Of a stretch of 60,852 nucleotides of DNA, positions 29,093-38,246 are shown piece after piece (the first letter of the stretch is position 1; every line of letters begins with the position of its first letter). The notes under the pieces are model-generated. The model searched no databases. It saw nothing but the letters and a program-made list of their open reading frames with translations, and was not told the DNA's origin. The stretch covers positions 1 to 60,852 of the forward strand of contig MHWN01000025.1 in the NCBI GenBank assembly GCA_001825395.1. Direction: 5' to 3'. The stretch comes from Candidatus Zambryskibacteria bacterium RIFCSPLOWO2_02_FULL_39_26. Its GTDB lineage: Bacteria > Patescibacteriota > Minisyncoccia > Phycocordibacterales > DATDWN01. The position numbers and the translations under genes are program-made.

Positions 29093-31213
29093 TTATATAT
29101 CTAGATTTGCTTTTGTGGCATTAGATTGAATAAATGATTTTCTAGCTGGCACATCTGTACCCATTAAAACATCGAAAACCTTATCAGCAACAACCGCATC
29201 TCCAATTTCAACTTGTTTTAGAATTCGTCTAGCTGGATCCATAGTCGTCTCCCAAAGTTCATCGGAGTTCATTTCACCTAATCCTTTATATCTTTGAATC
29301 GAGATTTTTGTGCTTTTTCCTTTTGTTTGTGATTTATTATCATCCCTATCCAAGACTGTCGTAGCTTTCGCCTCCTGTTCGTTGCCTTCGGCCTTTTCAT
29401 TTTCATCTGTGCCACTCTCTTGCACATCTTGTATTTCCTCAACTTCTTCCTTACCAACAATTTTAACTTTTTCATCATCAGAATAAGCGTAGAAAACTTC
29501 CTTTCCTTTCTTTATTTTATAAAGCGGTGGTTGAGCAATGTAAATAAATCCTCCATCTATAAGTGGTCGAAAAAATCTGTAAAGCAAAGTCAGTATCAAA
29601 GTTCTTATGTGCGCTCCGTCCACATCGGCATCTGTTGCAATTATTATTTTGTGATATCGCAATTTAGAAATATCAAATGTGTCTCCTATGGCAGTGCCAA
29701 AAGCAATGACAAGATTTTTAATCTGTTCCGATTCAAGCATTCTATCTAAACGCGCTCTCTCAATGTTTAAAATTTTACCGCGCAAAGGCAAAATAGCTTG
29801 TGTTCGTCTATCTCGCCCCGTTTTAGCCGTCCCTCCGGCAGAATCTCCCTCCACAATAAACAACTCTGAATCCTCGGCGGACTTACTCTGACAGTCTGCA
29901 AGCTTGCCAGGAAGGGTCATCCCCTCTAGTGCTCCTTTTCGCAGAACGGAGTCTTTAGCCGCCTTGGCCGCTTTTCTGGCCTTCAAGGCCAAAACTACCT
30001 TGTTTATAATAGCTCGCGCATCGTCAGGGTTCTCTTCCAAAAAGTAGGTAAAGGCCTCGGAAAAAACAGTATTGATTGTGCTTTGGGCCTCCACAGTGCC
30101 AAGTTTTGATTTAGTCTGACCTTCAAACTGGACCTCACGGAGTTTAATTGAAATAACAGCGGTTAAACCTTCCAAGACATCCTCTCCGGTAAAATTGTCT
30201 TCTGATTCTTTGATTAAATTATTTTTTCGTCCGTAGGTGTTAAGTGTTCTGGTTAGAGCAGTTTTAAAACCAGTAACGTGCGTTCCTCCCTCCGAGTTGA
30301 AAATATTGTTGGCGAAAGGCAGAAGTCGACAGGAAATGTCATCAATATATTGCAGAGAAACTTCCACCGATTCATACTCGTTTATTTTTTTCTCCACATA
30401 GAAAATATTTTTGTGAATCGGTTTTTGGTCGCTGTTGTAAAATTTAACAAGTGATAATAATCCTCCCTCAAAATAAAAAGACATAGAAGGAATTTCCAGC
30501 CCGAGCTCTGCGATTTTGAAAACTTCGTTTTCTTGTATCTTGCTTGTAAATTTACTTGCGTCGTTTACGGTAATGCGAAGTCCTTTGACCAGATAGGCTT
30601 GTTGGCGAAGATGATCAACAATCTTATCAAAATTAAATTCTATGATTGGGAAAATGGCCGGGTCCGGTTCAAAGACCACGATTGTTCCAGAAAGTTTGGT
30701 ACTGCCGATTTTTTTTACTGCAGCTTTTCTTTTTCCCTTGGAATATTCCTGAACGTAAACACCTCCTTCTTTGTGAACCGTCACTTTGCAGTAAATTGAC
30801 AACGCGTTTACAACAGACGCTCCCACCCCGTGAAGTCCTCCGGAAACCTTATAGCCAGTTCCTTCCCCACCAAACTTTCCTCCAGCGTGAAGCGTGGTCA
30901 TAATAGTTTCAAGGGCGGAAACCTTTGTTTGCTTATGAATATCAACCGGTACCCCTCGGCCGTTGTCAGTAATTCTCACCCGATTTTCTGGAAGTAGAGT
31001 CACCTCAATATCGTTTGCAAAACCGCCCATCGCCTCATCGCGAGAGTTGTCAAAAATTTCCGTAACTAGATGATGGAGTCCATCTGGACCGGTTGTACCA
31101 ATGTACATCCCGGGTCGCTTTCTAACCGGTTCTAGTCCTTCTAGGACCTGAATCGCATCCGCTCCGTATGTGCCATTTTTAGGGGCTTTTTTCGCTTCTT
31201 TTTCCTTCGACAT
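29093..31213 (-). CDS. gyrB: DNA gyrase subunit B (with an acidic insertion near the C-terminus)
   Basis: GHKL ATPase motifs, TOPRIM EGDSAGG and PLRGKILN. An insertion of about 50 aa, EEVEEIQDVQESGTDENEK..., precedes the QRYKGLGEM tail. Confidence 0.97.
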   Translation of the reverse strand: MSKEKEAKKAPKNGTYGADAIQVLEGLEPVRKRPGMYIGTTGPDGLHHLVTEIFDNSRDEAMGGFANDIEVTLLPENRVRITDNGRGVPVDIHKQTKVSALETIMTTLHAGGKFGGEGTGYKVSGGLHGVGASVVNALSIYCKVTVHKEGGVYVQEYSKGKRKAAVKKIGSTKLSGTIVVFEPDPAIFPIIEFNFDKIVDHLRQQAYLVKGLRITVNDASKFTSKIQENEVFKIAELGLEIPSMSFYFEGGLLSLVKFYNSDQKPIHKNIFYVEKKINEYESVEVSLQYIDDISCRLLPFANNIFNSEGGTHVTGFKTALTRTLNTYGRKNNLIKESEDNFTGEDVLEGLTAVISIKLREVQFEGQTKSKLGTVEAQSTINTVFSEAFTYFLEENPDDARAIINKVVLALKARKAAKAAKDSVLRKGALEGMTLPGKLADCQSKSAEDSELFIVEGDSAGGTAKTGRDRRTQAILPLRGKILNIERARLDRMLESEQIKNLVIAFGTAIGDTFDISKLRYHKIIIATDADVDGAHIRTLILTLLYRFFRPLIDGGFIYIAQPPLYKIKKGKEVFYAYSDDEKVKIVGKEEVEEIQDVQESGTDENEKAEGNEQEAKATTVLDRDDNKSQTKGKSTKISIQRYKGLGEMNSDELWETTMDPARRILKQVEIGDAVVADKVFDVLMGTDVPARKSFIQSNATKANLDI

Positions 31214-31360
31214 TCTGTGTTTATTTAGGATATAATTATAGCAAATCTAACCCTATAAAACAAGTGATTTGGGGACTATTTTAGGCCTATTTTAAAACAT
31301 ATTTTTGTGATTTAGTTGTCTTTATTTGACATTATGCTAGACTTTGTTTATGAACAAAAG

Positions 31361-31485
31361 TTTACAGCAAACAACAAGTAAGTTTTTCTTTTTCAGCCAA
31401 GAAACTAGAAGGCCGATCTTTGCGCTGTAAAAATCTCCACAACTTACAACTCAAACACCAGTCTTCTAAGGCTGGTGTTTTTGTT
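31361..31485 (+). ncRNA. Candidate small RNA or leader between a sigma70-like promoter and a terminator
   Basis: TTGACA (31326-31331), 17-nt spacer, TATGAA (31349-31354). Hairpin acaccag...ctggtgt plus T-run at 31454-31485. Boundaries are inferred. Confidence 0.3.
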
Positions 31486-31520
31486 CTTTGGATAGTTTAT
31501 TGAAACCTGAAGGGAGATGA

Positions 31521-31760
31521 GTGGTGAAAAGAATAATGAGACTAGGATCACATAGACATGTTCACCGATATGGTGGGAGGAAACATTCCGCTTTCAAATG
31601 TATTCGCTGTGAACAGTCAGTGACTCGTGACGCCAACCAGCTCTCTTCAATGAAATGCAGAGGTTGGGGGCCATGGAGATGCGAGTGTGGTTCTGGGAAT
31701 GGAGCGTTTCCTCCAAAAATCACATCTAGACATTATCGGGTAAAAGTTCGAGTGGGTTAA
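31521..31760 (+). CDS. Small basic Cys-rich (zinc-binding?) protein with a GTG start
   Basis: AGGGAG SD 4-7 nt upstream. CxxC and CRGWGPWRCEC motifs. Terminator hairpin at about 31770-31806. Confidence 0.5.
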   Translation: MVKRIMRLGSHRHVHRYGGRKHSAFKCIRCEQSVTRDANQLSSMKCRGWGPWRCECGSGNGAFPPKITSRHYRVKVRVG

Positions 31761-31871
31761 TCCCCCACAAACAAGCAACGCCCGAAAGGGAAAGTTGCTC
31801 GTTTTTATTAGAAATAATCAGATTAATAGGGTTTACTTTTTATCAATTTTTAACTAGACTATTGAAATATC

Positions 31872-33014
31872 ATGAGAGTTATATATATAGTATCAAAAAC
31901 CGAAGAAAAGCAGTTACTAAAAAATCTGGAGAAAAGAAAAGATACAGAGGCTTCCAGAATCAGGCATTATTTGGGCATACCGGATTTGTCACGCACAGCT
32001 GGTAGTCCCATAGCAGAGGTGGTAGAGAAAGTTTTGTCTCTACCTGATTTTAAGGATTTGGATATCATAGAAGTACCAGAGGTGGTGCCCACTGATATGA
32101 GTTTTGATCTGTTCGACTTCCCTGTAGACCATCCCACACGCTCAAAATCTGATACATATTATGTGGACGACAAACATATTCTACGCACTCATACAACTGT
32201 GATGTGGTACTACTATTTGCAATTACCGGAAATTAAAGAACGGATGTCTAGAGGTGAACCAGTTGGATGTTTTTCGTATGGCAAGGTTTACAGAAAAGAT
32301 GAAATTGATAGAAGTCATATGAACGTCTTTCACCAGATTGATGGTTGGTATTTAGCGCCTAAAGATAAGCAAATAATTGGCAAAGAGGAACTCCGAGAAG
32401 CTATTTTAGGTATAGCTAGAGCAGTATTTGGTGATAATATAAAAACTAAAATTTTCGACGATACGTTCCCTTTTACTGATCCATCACTCCAGATGGAGAT
32501 AGAAAAAAATGGCAGATGGTTGGAGGTTTTAGGAAGCGGTGTGGTAAAGGCAAGTGTTTTGGAGAAATTTGGCGTTGATTCTACAAAATGGAACGGTTGG
32601 GCATTCGGTCCTGGAATTGAGCGATTAGCCATGGTTTCTATGGAGCTTCCTGACATCCGGCTTCTTTGGTCAAACGACCCTCGTGTAAAAAAACAACTGA
32701 AACTTGGTCAGAAATTCATTGAAGTTTCAAAATTTCCACCAGTTGTTCGCGATATTTCTTTTGTTGTTAATAATTCATTTATCCCAAATGATTATTTTGA
32801 TCTGGTGAGGGATATTGGTGGAGATTTGGTGGAAGAAGTGGTATTGTTAGACAAATACAAAAACACCGAGAAATTCGGTAAAGATAATACGAGCTATGCC
32901 TACCGCATCACTTACCGCTCACTAGACAGGACTTTGATTGGAGAAGAAGTTGACGCGGTTCACAAAAAATTGGAATCCGAAACTGAAAAAATATTTAAAG
33001 CTAAAATAAGATAA
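31872..33014 (+). CDS. pheS: Monomeric (mitochondrial FARS2-type) phenylalanyl-tRNA synthetase: alpha catalytic core fused to an FDX-ACB domain
   Basis: DHPTRSKSDTYY, ILRTHTT, FHQIDG, GWAFGPGIERLAM, then C-terminal SKFPPVVRDISF...DYFDLVRDIGGDLVEEV...YAYRITYRSLDRTL, which closely resembles my recollection of the human FARS2 C-terminus. Confidence 0.85.
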   Translation: MRVIYIVSKTEEKQLLKNLEKRKDTEASRIRHYLGIPDLSRTAGSPIAEVVEKVLSLPDFKDLDIIEVPEVVPTDMSFDLFDFPVDHPTRSKSDTYYVDDKHILRTHTTVMWYYYLQLPEIKERMSRGEPVGCFSYGKVYRKDEIDRSHMNVFHQIDGWYLAPKDKQIIGKEELREAILGIARAVFGDNIKTKIFDDTFPFTDPSLQMEIEKNGRWLEVLGSGVVKASVLEKFGVDSTKWNGWAFGPGIERLAMVSMELPDIRLLWSNDPRVKKQLKLGQKFIEVSKFPPVVRDISFVVNNSFIPNDYFDLVRDIGGDLVEEVVLLDKYKNTEKFGKDNTSYAYRITYRSLDRTLIGEEVDAVHKKLESETEKIFKAKIR

Positions 33015-33018
33015 TCCC

Positions 33019-34263
33019 ATGCCGGATATAAGTAATTTAATCACATATTTTTTCCTGTTCCTCTCGCTAAACTTTGAGATATTCATTCTTATTACTTATT
33101 TTGAAAATAGAGAAAAAATCGAAAAGGAAGAAAAATGGGCAATGATTAAACCCAAAAACTACCCATCGGTTACGATCATTATCCCCTGCTGGAATGAGGA
33201 AACAACGGTTTCTCAAACAGTTCACTCGCTTCTAAACTTGGATTATCCGCAAAACAAACTGAAAATAATGATAGTGGACGATGGATCCAAAGACAAGACT
33301 TGGTTCGTAATCCAAAAATTCAAAAACCACCCGCAGGTAGAGCTTCATAAAAAAGAAAATGGAGGAAAATATACTGCTTTAAACTATGGCCTCTCCAAAT
33401 TAACTTCTGACTTGGTCGGTTGTCTTGATGCCGACTCCTACGTCCACAAAGACGCCCTCCGGCAAATCGTCACATATTTTCAGGACAAAGAAATCATGGC
33501 TGTAGCCCCCTCCATCAAGCTATGGCAACCAAAAACCTTTCTCCAGCTTCTTCAAAAAGTTGAGTACGGTTTCGGAGTATTCACCAGAAAAATGTACCAC
33601 TATATGCAAGCAATTTACATCACTCCCGGACCATTTTCCATTTTCAGGCGCGAAGTTTTCCAAAATTTGGGACCTTACAGACACGCTCACAACACGGAAG
33701 ATATTGAGATTGCTTTGCGCATGCAAAAAAACGGCTACAAAATCGCCCACGCCCACAAAGCCATAGTTTATACTGTCCCCCCAAAAACCGTTCCAAAACT
33801 TTTGCGCCAAAGAGTGCGATGGTCGTACGGTTTTATCAAAAACGCCACAGATTATCGGGATATGATTTTTAGAAAAAAATACGGCAATGTCGGAATGATT
33901 ATCCTGCCAATGGCTTGCCTGTCGCTTTTATCGGTTTTGTTTGTTTCAATATCTTTTATTGTTAATTTTTTGTACAATATTTTTGTTTGGTTGGTAAAAG
34001 TCGGCACAGTCGGTCTGAATTTTAATCTTTCATTTAACTTTGATTGGTTTTATTTAAACACCGAACTTTTGGTTTTAATCGGAATTATCGTTACTCTAGG
34101 CTCAACAATAATGATTCTTATGTCTAAAAAAATGTCGGAGGGAAAATTGGATATTGGAATGGATTTGGTGTACTATTTGGGCCTCTATATGTTTATCGCC
34201 CCGATTTGGATGGGCAGAGCAGTGTTTAACGCCATCTTTTCGGTCAAAACACCTTGGAGATAA
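33019..34263 (+). CDS. Family 2 glycosyltransferase (processive, membrane-embedded; QxxRW type)
   Basis: VTIIIPCWNEE, DDGSKD, LDADS and QRVRWSYG, plus C-terminal TM helices. Confidence 0.85.
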   Translation: MPDISNLITYFFLFLSLNFEIFILITYFENREKIEKEEKWAMIKPKNYPSVTIIIPCWNEETTVSQTVHSLLNLDYPQNKLKIMIVDDGSKDKTWFVIQKFKNHPQVELHKKENGGKYTALNYGLSKLTSDLVGCLDADSYVHKDALRQIVTYFQDKEIMAVAPSIKLWQPKTFLQLLQKVEYGFGVFTRKMYHYMQAIYITPGPFSIFRREVFQNLGPYRHAHNTEDIEIALRMQKNGYKIAHAHKAIVYTVPPKTVPKLLRQRVRWSYGFIKNATDYRDMIFRKKYGNVGMIILPMACLSLLSVLFVSISFIVNFLYNIFVWLVKVGTVGLNFNLSFNFDWFYLNTELLVLIGIIVTLGSTIMILMSKKMSEGKLDIGMDLVYYLGLYMFIAPIWMGRAVFNAIFSVKTPWR

Positions 34264-34269
34264 CCCGCC

Positions 34270-34953
34270 ATGCAAAACTCAAATGGAATAAATTGGAAAA
34301 AATACTTTTTTTCTTTTGTTATAACGGCTGTCATTTTTTTCACCGCAATTCTCATCAGCAACTATTTTTCGCAGAAAAAAACGGAGGATATAAGAAACAT
34401 TCAGGACAAAATCGCCATTGACATACTTTCCTCTGAAACCCAATTTGCCCTGCTTGAAGAATCATCGTGTAACGACGTTGGAGCAGGAACACTTTCTACA
34501 GAACTTAGTGAACTGGAAAACAAATTGACATACACTGAAAATCAGCGCGGTTTTGATGACCCGGAGGTGCAGATTTTGAAAAAGTACTATTTCTTGCTTG
34601 AAATCAAGGATTATCTTTTGATGAATAAAATAAGCGAGAAGTGCAAAAAAACTCCTCTTTCCGTCGTATATTTCTATTCCAATGATAAAAGGTGCACGGA
34701 ATGTGAAAAAGAAGGTTTTGTCCTAACTCGCCTAAGAGAGCTGTACCCGGAACTGCGGGTATATTCATTTGATTATGACGCAGACCTGTCGGCAGTTAAA
34801 ACCTTCATCAGAATAAATAATATTGAAGACCGACTGCCAGCAATTATTATCAAAAGCAAAACCTATTACGGTTTTCGAGATATTGAAGATTTGGAAAAAG
34901 CTGTGCCGGAATTAACTAAACTTAAAATCGCAACTAGCACACCTTTAAATTAG
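34270..34953 (+). CDS. Hypothetical membrane-anchored protein with a CTEC motif (possible thioredoxin-like fold)
   Basis: N-terminal TM helix and a CxxC at CTECEKEG. No firm family assignment. Confidence 0.4.
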   Translation: MQNSNGINWKKYFFSFVITAVIFFTAILISNYFSQKKTEDIRNIQDKIAIDILSSETQFALLEESSCNDVGAGTLSTELSELENKLTYTENQRGFDDPEVQILKKYYFLLEIKDYLLMNKISEKCKKTPLSVVYFYSNDKRCTECEKEGFVLTRLRELYPELRVYSFDYDADLSAVKTFIRINNIEDRLPAIIIKSKTYYGFRDIEDLEKAVPELTKLKIATSTPLN

Positions 34954-35372
34954 AGATTTTTAATATACTTATTCATCCTCCACTTTCTACCCTTTCCCTT
35001 ATTAAGGTTTTTAAAAAAAGGAGTCAAAGCATGACAGTTTGGACAAAGTAATCTTAGATTTTTTTCTTTATTATTTTCAGCATTACCATCAATATGGTCA
35101 ATTTCTAGTGGCACACTTTTTGTAACAGGATGTTTTTTATTCCAACTACACTCAGAACATTTGTTTTTATATTTTTCAATCAAATATTTTCTTAGGTGGG
35201 TAGAAATATTTCTTGCATTTATCCCAATATTCCCATGAACTAAACCTCTTTTCCATAATGTTAACCATTTCTTGTGCTGATGATTAAGTTGGCATCTATT
35301 TGAACAATATTTTATCTTATGACGAAGAACCATAGTGACTCCACAATTAATACAATTTCTTATTTTCTTCAT
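34950..35372 (-). CDS. Free-standing HNH endonuclease
   Basis: EIDHIDGNAENN...NLRLLCPNCH, plus N-terminal CxxC pairs. Confidence 0.85.
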   Translation of the reverse strand: MKKIRNCINCGVTMVLRHKIKYCSNRCQLNHQHKKWLTLWKRGLVHGNIGINARNISTHLRKYLIEKYKNKCSECSWNKKHPVTKSVPLEIDHIDGNAENNKEKNLRLLCPNCHALTPFFKNLNKGKGRKWRMNKYIKNL

Positions 35373-35487
35373 TACTTAAGTATACCACAAACAATACTAT
35401 GCCGTGGTATACCTAAATATCTGATCTTTTACCCTTGAGAAAAATACTAAAAGGTGTTAAATTGATTGAGGTCTAATTTAAAAATTT

Positions 35488-35563
35488 GCCACCTTAGCTC
35501 AGTTGGTAGAGCACCGATTTTGTAAATCGGATCGCGTCAGTTCGAATCTGACAGGTGGCTCCA
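35488..35563 (+). tRNA. tRNA-Thr (anticodon UGU), CCA encoded
   Basis: Hand-folded cloverleaf: acceptor gccacct/aggtggc, anticodon stem ccgat/atcgg, loop ttTGTaa, T-arm gtcag-ttcgaat-ctgac. Confidence 0.9.
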
Positions 35564-35591
35564 GAATTAGACTTTCCGGTGATTTGGCCGC

Positions 35592-35972
35592 TTAAAATTT
35601 TGTCTCCTCAACTCTAGACTCCTCATGGGAGAGTCTTTCCAGAAAAAAGGATATGGAACCGTTGTTTCGGAGAACTCTCCTGCCCCGGAAACTGTTTCCA
35701 GCACTGTAATATCTCTTTGAAACATAATCTTTGGCCTTGACCAAAAGCTCATATAAATATGATGGAAGAAATTCAAAAATGAAAATGTGGACGATTTTCT
35801 TCAAGTGGTTATACCGAGAAACAAGGCGTTCCAGAATTGTATGGATTTTCCCGTCGCCTCTCTCAAAAATGTTGGCAATAAAATGTATCCTTTTGATTTT
35901 TATTTCAAAAGCCTTATAAAATAATAGCCCAAATAAAACCGCAAGAGAAATAATAAATAGTATGGTCATCAT
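35592..35972 (-). CDS. Hypothetical protein with an N-terminal TM helix
   Basis: 126-aa ORF with no recognisable motif. Confidence 0.35.
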   Translation of the reverse strand: MMTILFIISLAVLFGLLFYKAFEIKIKRIHFIANIFERGDGKIHTILERLVSRYNHLKKIVHIFIFEFLPSYLYELLVKAKDYVSKRYYSAGNSFRGRRVLRNNGSISFFLERLSHEESRVEETKF

Positions 35973-35985
35973 ATAATTAAAAAGA

Positions 35986-36480
35986 TTAAGAGATACTGAA
36001 ACGGATGAAACGAGATAATTCTATTTTTTCGCCAAATTTTTGAACTGCACTTTGTATTAGATTGTTAATAGTGACCTCCGGATTTTTAATAAAAGACTGA
36101 CTAAGCAAAACTCCTTCTCCTGCTTCCCCCGCTCCAGGATCTTCAGCCTTTAGATGTGTGGGATTAGTAGCTGAAACCTGCATTGCGATATCGCGAGCTA
36201 AAGTTTGAAACTCTTCGTTTTTGGCAACGAAGTCAGTCTCGCATAACAATTCTACCATAGCCCCGACATTGCCGGTATTGTGTATGTAAGAAGCAATAAC
36301 ACCGGCTCCAAACGTCCTATCGCCCTTCTTTAGGGCTATTTCAGCACTTTTTGAGGCAAGGATAGCCACAGCCTTATCCACATCCCCCCCTGCCTCTTCG
36401 AGTGCTTTTTTACATTGCATCACAGAAACACCCGTTTTGTCACGCAAATGCTTTACAAGCTCGGTTGTAATTTCAGTCAT
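35986..36480 (-). CDS. tsf: Elongation factor Ts (short form)
   Basis: UBA-like N-terminus LVKHLRDKTGVSVMQCKKALEEAGGDVDKAV. Lies downstream of rpsB. Confidence 0.9.
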   Translation of the reverse strand: MTEITTELVKHLRDKTGVSVMQCKKALEEAGGDVDKAVAILASKSAEIALKKGDRTFGAGVIASYIHNTGNVGAMVELLCETDFVAKNEEFQTLARDIAMQVSATNPTHLKAEDPGAGEAGEGVLLSQSFIKNPEVTINNLIQSAVQKFGEKIELSRFIRFSIS

Positions 36481-36495
36481 AGAACTATAATTATA

Positions 36496-37221
36496 CTACA
36501 CTGTTGCTGGCTTTTTCAATTGACCTGCTTTATAACTTTCAGCTATTTTTTGGAGGAAAAATTCTATACTTGTGCGAGATGCATCGTTGCCAGGAATTGG
36601 AAACTCCACTTCATTTAAGTTGTTGTCTGTTCCACAAAGTGCAATGACAGAAATTCCCATTTTCCGCGCTTCTTTAACCGCAATGGATTCTTTTTTGGCA
36701 TCAACTACAAAAATTGCCGCCGGTAGATTTTTCATCGGTGATATGCCGAAGAAAAAAACTCGAAGCCTGTCTATTTCACGGTCAATTAAAAGTCTCTCTT
36801 TCTTAGTGTACTTTGCAAGTTCCCCTTTTTCCTTTTGCGATATCCAAGACTCCATTTTCTCTACTCGTTTTCGGATTTCAGGAAAGTTGGTCAAAGTCCC
36901 GCCGATAAATCGTCCGGCCACGTACGGCATATTTATTTTTTCGGCTGTTTTGGTTATGGCAGATATTGCCTCGTTTTTACCACTAACAAAAAGTATTTGT
37001 GCGTTTCGGGAACCAAGGGACTCCACAAACTCAAGGGCTGTGTTTAGTGAATCTTTTGTTTTTTCCAGATCAAATATTTCTATCTTGTTTTTAACTCCAA
37101 AAATAAATGGTTTTGCACTTGGATGTCTGCGAGATTTTACGAAACCAAAGTGTGCCCCAGCAGTAAAAAGAGCCTCAACTTGAGTATTTCCTGCATTAGA
37201 AGTATTAGTTGTTTTTGACAT
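36496..37221 (-). CDS. rpsB: 30S ribosomal protein S2
   Basis: AGAHFGF..RR..P...PFIFG..N.I.I.DL.KT pattern and the conserved rpsB-tsf order. Confidence 0.95.
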   Translation of the reverse strand: MSKTTNTSNAGNTQVEALFTAGAHFGFVKSRRHPSAKPFIFGVKNKIEIFDLEKTKDSLNTALEFVESLGSRNAQILFVSGKNEAISAITKTAEKINMPYVAGRFIGGTLTNFPEIRKRVEKMESWISQKEKGELAKYTKKERLLIDREIDRLRVFFFGISPMKNLPAAIFVVDAKKESIAVKEARKMGISVIALCGTDNNLNEVEFPIPGNDASRTSIEFFLQKIAESYKAGQLKKPATV

Positions 37222-37264
37222 ATGTGAAGGTTAGTCTAGCAGAAATAGGTAAGCTGTGCAACTT

Positions 37265-37390
37265 AACAAAATCTCTTTCTTACAATATCTCTCAAGGAGA
37301 CACGGATAAATTTCTGCTGAAATTTTCCTTGAGTTCGCTCCGTCGAGCCTCACTAGTCTCCTTTCAAGATATTGTTCGACGAGATTTTTT
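37265..37390. repeat. Palindromic repeat sharing the ATAAATTTCTGCTGAAATTTT core and CAAAATCTC/GAGATTTT ends
   Basis: acaatatctctcaaggagac...gtctcctttcaagatattgt. The core matches 43400-43420 in reverse orientation. Confidence 0.65.
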
Positions 37391-37434
37391 AAGTGCCATT
37401 GTTTTAATTTATAACAATATACTGTAACAGATCA

Positions 37435-37472
37435 AATTCCTTATCTTACGATATATCGTAAGATAAGGAATT
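37435..37472. promoter_or_regulatory. 38-bp perfect palindrome aattccttatcttacgata|tatcgtaagataaggaatt
   Basis: Read directly from the sequence. The centre CTTACGATATATCGTAAG resembles the palindromes that flank the TrpR-like gene. Confidence 0.7.
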
Positions 37473-37576
37473 CTGTATTTTGTAACACTTTGATTTTTAA
37501 AATCAAAAAAACCACAACTAGTGTGGTTCGGTGGAGAGGAAACCTCTCCACCTTGTGCGCCTCGCCATCGAGGACT

Positions 37577-37900
37577 TTACTTCTTGTACATGTTGTGTAT
37601 CGCGCGATCGGAGACCTCGTTGAGAAGATCGTCCGACTGATCAGCTGGTTTCCATCTTCTTGAGATTGGAAAAGTCGTCTCACCTTCGATCGGCATGTTC
37701 AGCTTCTCGCTGAAGAGTTTCGCGACGTCGTGACGATTGTCTTCCGTGACGATCGCGAGGATGCTGGGATCATCGAACTTGAGTGCCTGCACATGCACTT
37801 CCATTCGAACGTCTGATGCATCACCGATGTCGTGAATCCGAATGACCTTCTTGGTTTTGTCCGACATGCTTTCCGTCTGATAAATCATGTGCCAACGCAT
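37577..37900 (-). CDS. GC-rich orphan protein (107 aa)
   Basis: GGAGG SD 7 nt before the ATG. Tandem terminator hairpins at about 37500-37560. GC-richer than the flanks. Confidence 0.6.
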   Translation of the reverse strand: MRWHMIYQTESMSDKTKKVIRIHDIGDASDVRMEVHVQALKFDDPSILAIVTEDNRHDVAKLFSEKLNMPIEGETTFPISRRWKPADQSDDLLNEVSDRAIHNMYKK

Positions 37901-38060
37901 TGAAGTACCTCCTGTGAATGAACTTTTAGCTCCCTTATTACCTATACATTATAAACCCTTTTATCTATTCTGTCAAGTCTAAAACCGACATCAAAAAAGC
38001 CTTTAAAATAAGGGGTATTTGGGATTAAGTTCAGTTGGTCGAAATCATAATTTTTCAGAG

Positions 38061-38229
38061 ACTTCGCAGGCGATTTAGAAAACAACGACGAAGATAAAGT
38101 AAGCCCGAAGCACTGTTTGAGCACTGGTATTCCAGGCGAGTTTGCGAGAGGGCTACGTATCGAGAAGATTGTTTTCTTAGAGAGCCGAGGTAAGCAAAAC
38201 TCACCAGAGTTTATGCGGTCTCTGAAAAG
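38061..38229. repeat. GGAGACTTCGCAGG-type repeat interrupted by a nested palindromic element
   Basis: Ends tttttcagagacttcgcaggcg and tttatgcggtctctgaaaag match the family. The inner segment, about 38086-38180, has its own inverted ends. Confidence 0.6.
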
Positions 38230-38246
38230 TTATGGTTGAGAAAATT

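Noticed and set aside
37942-38124. 60-aa ORF on the minus strand.
   Set aside because: It is largely composed of repeat-element sequence (38061-38229) and has no coding signature.
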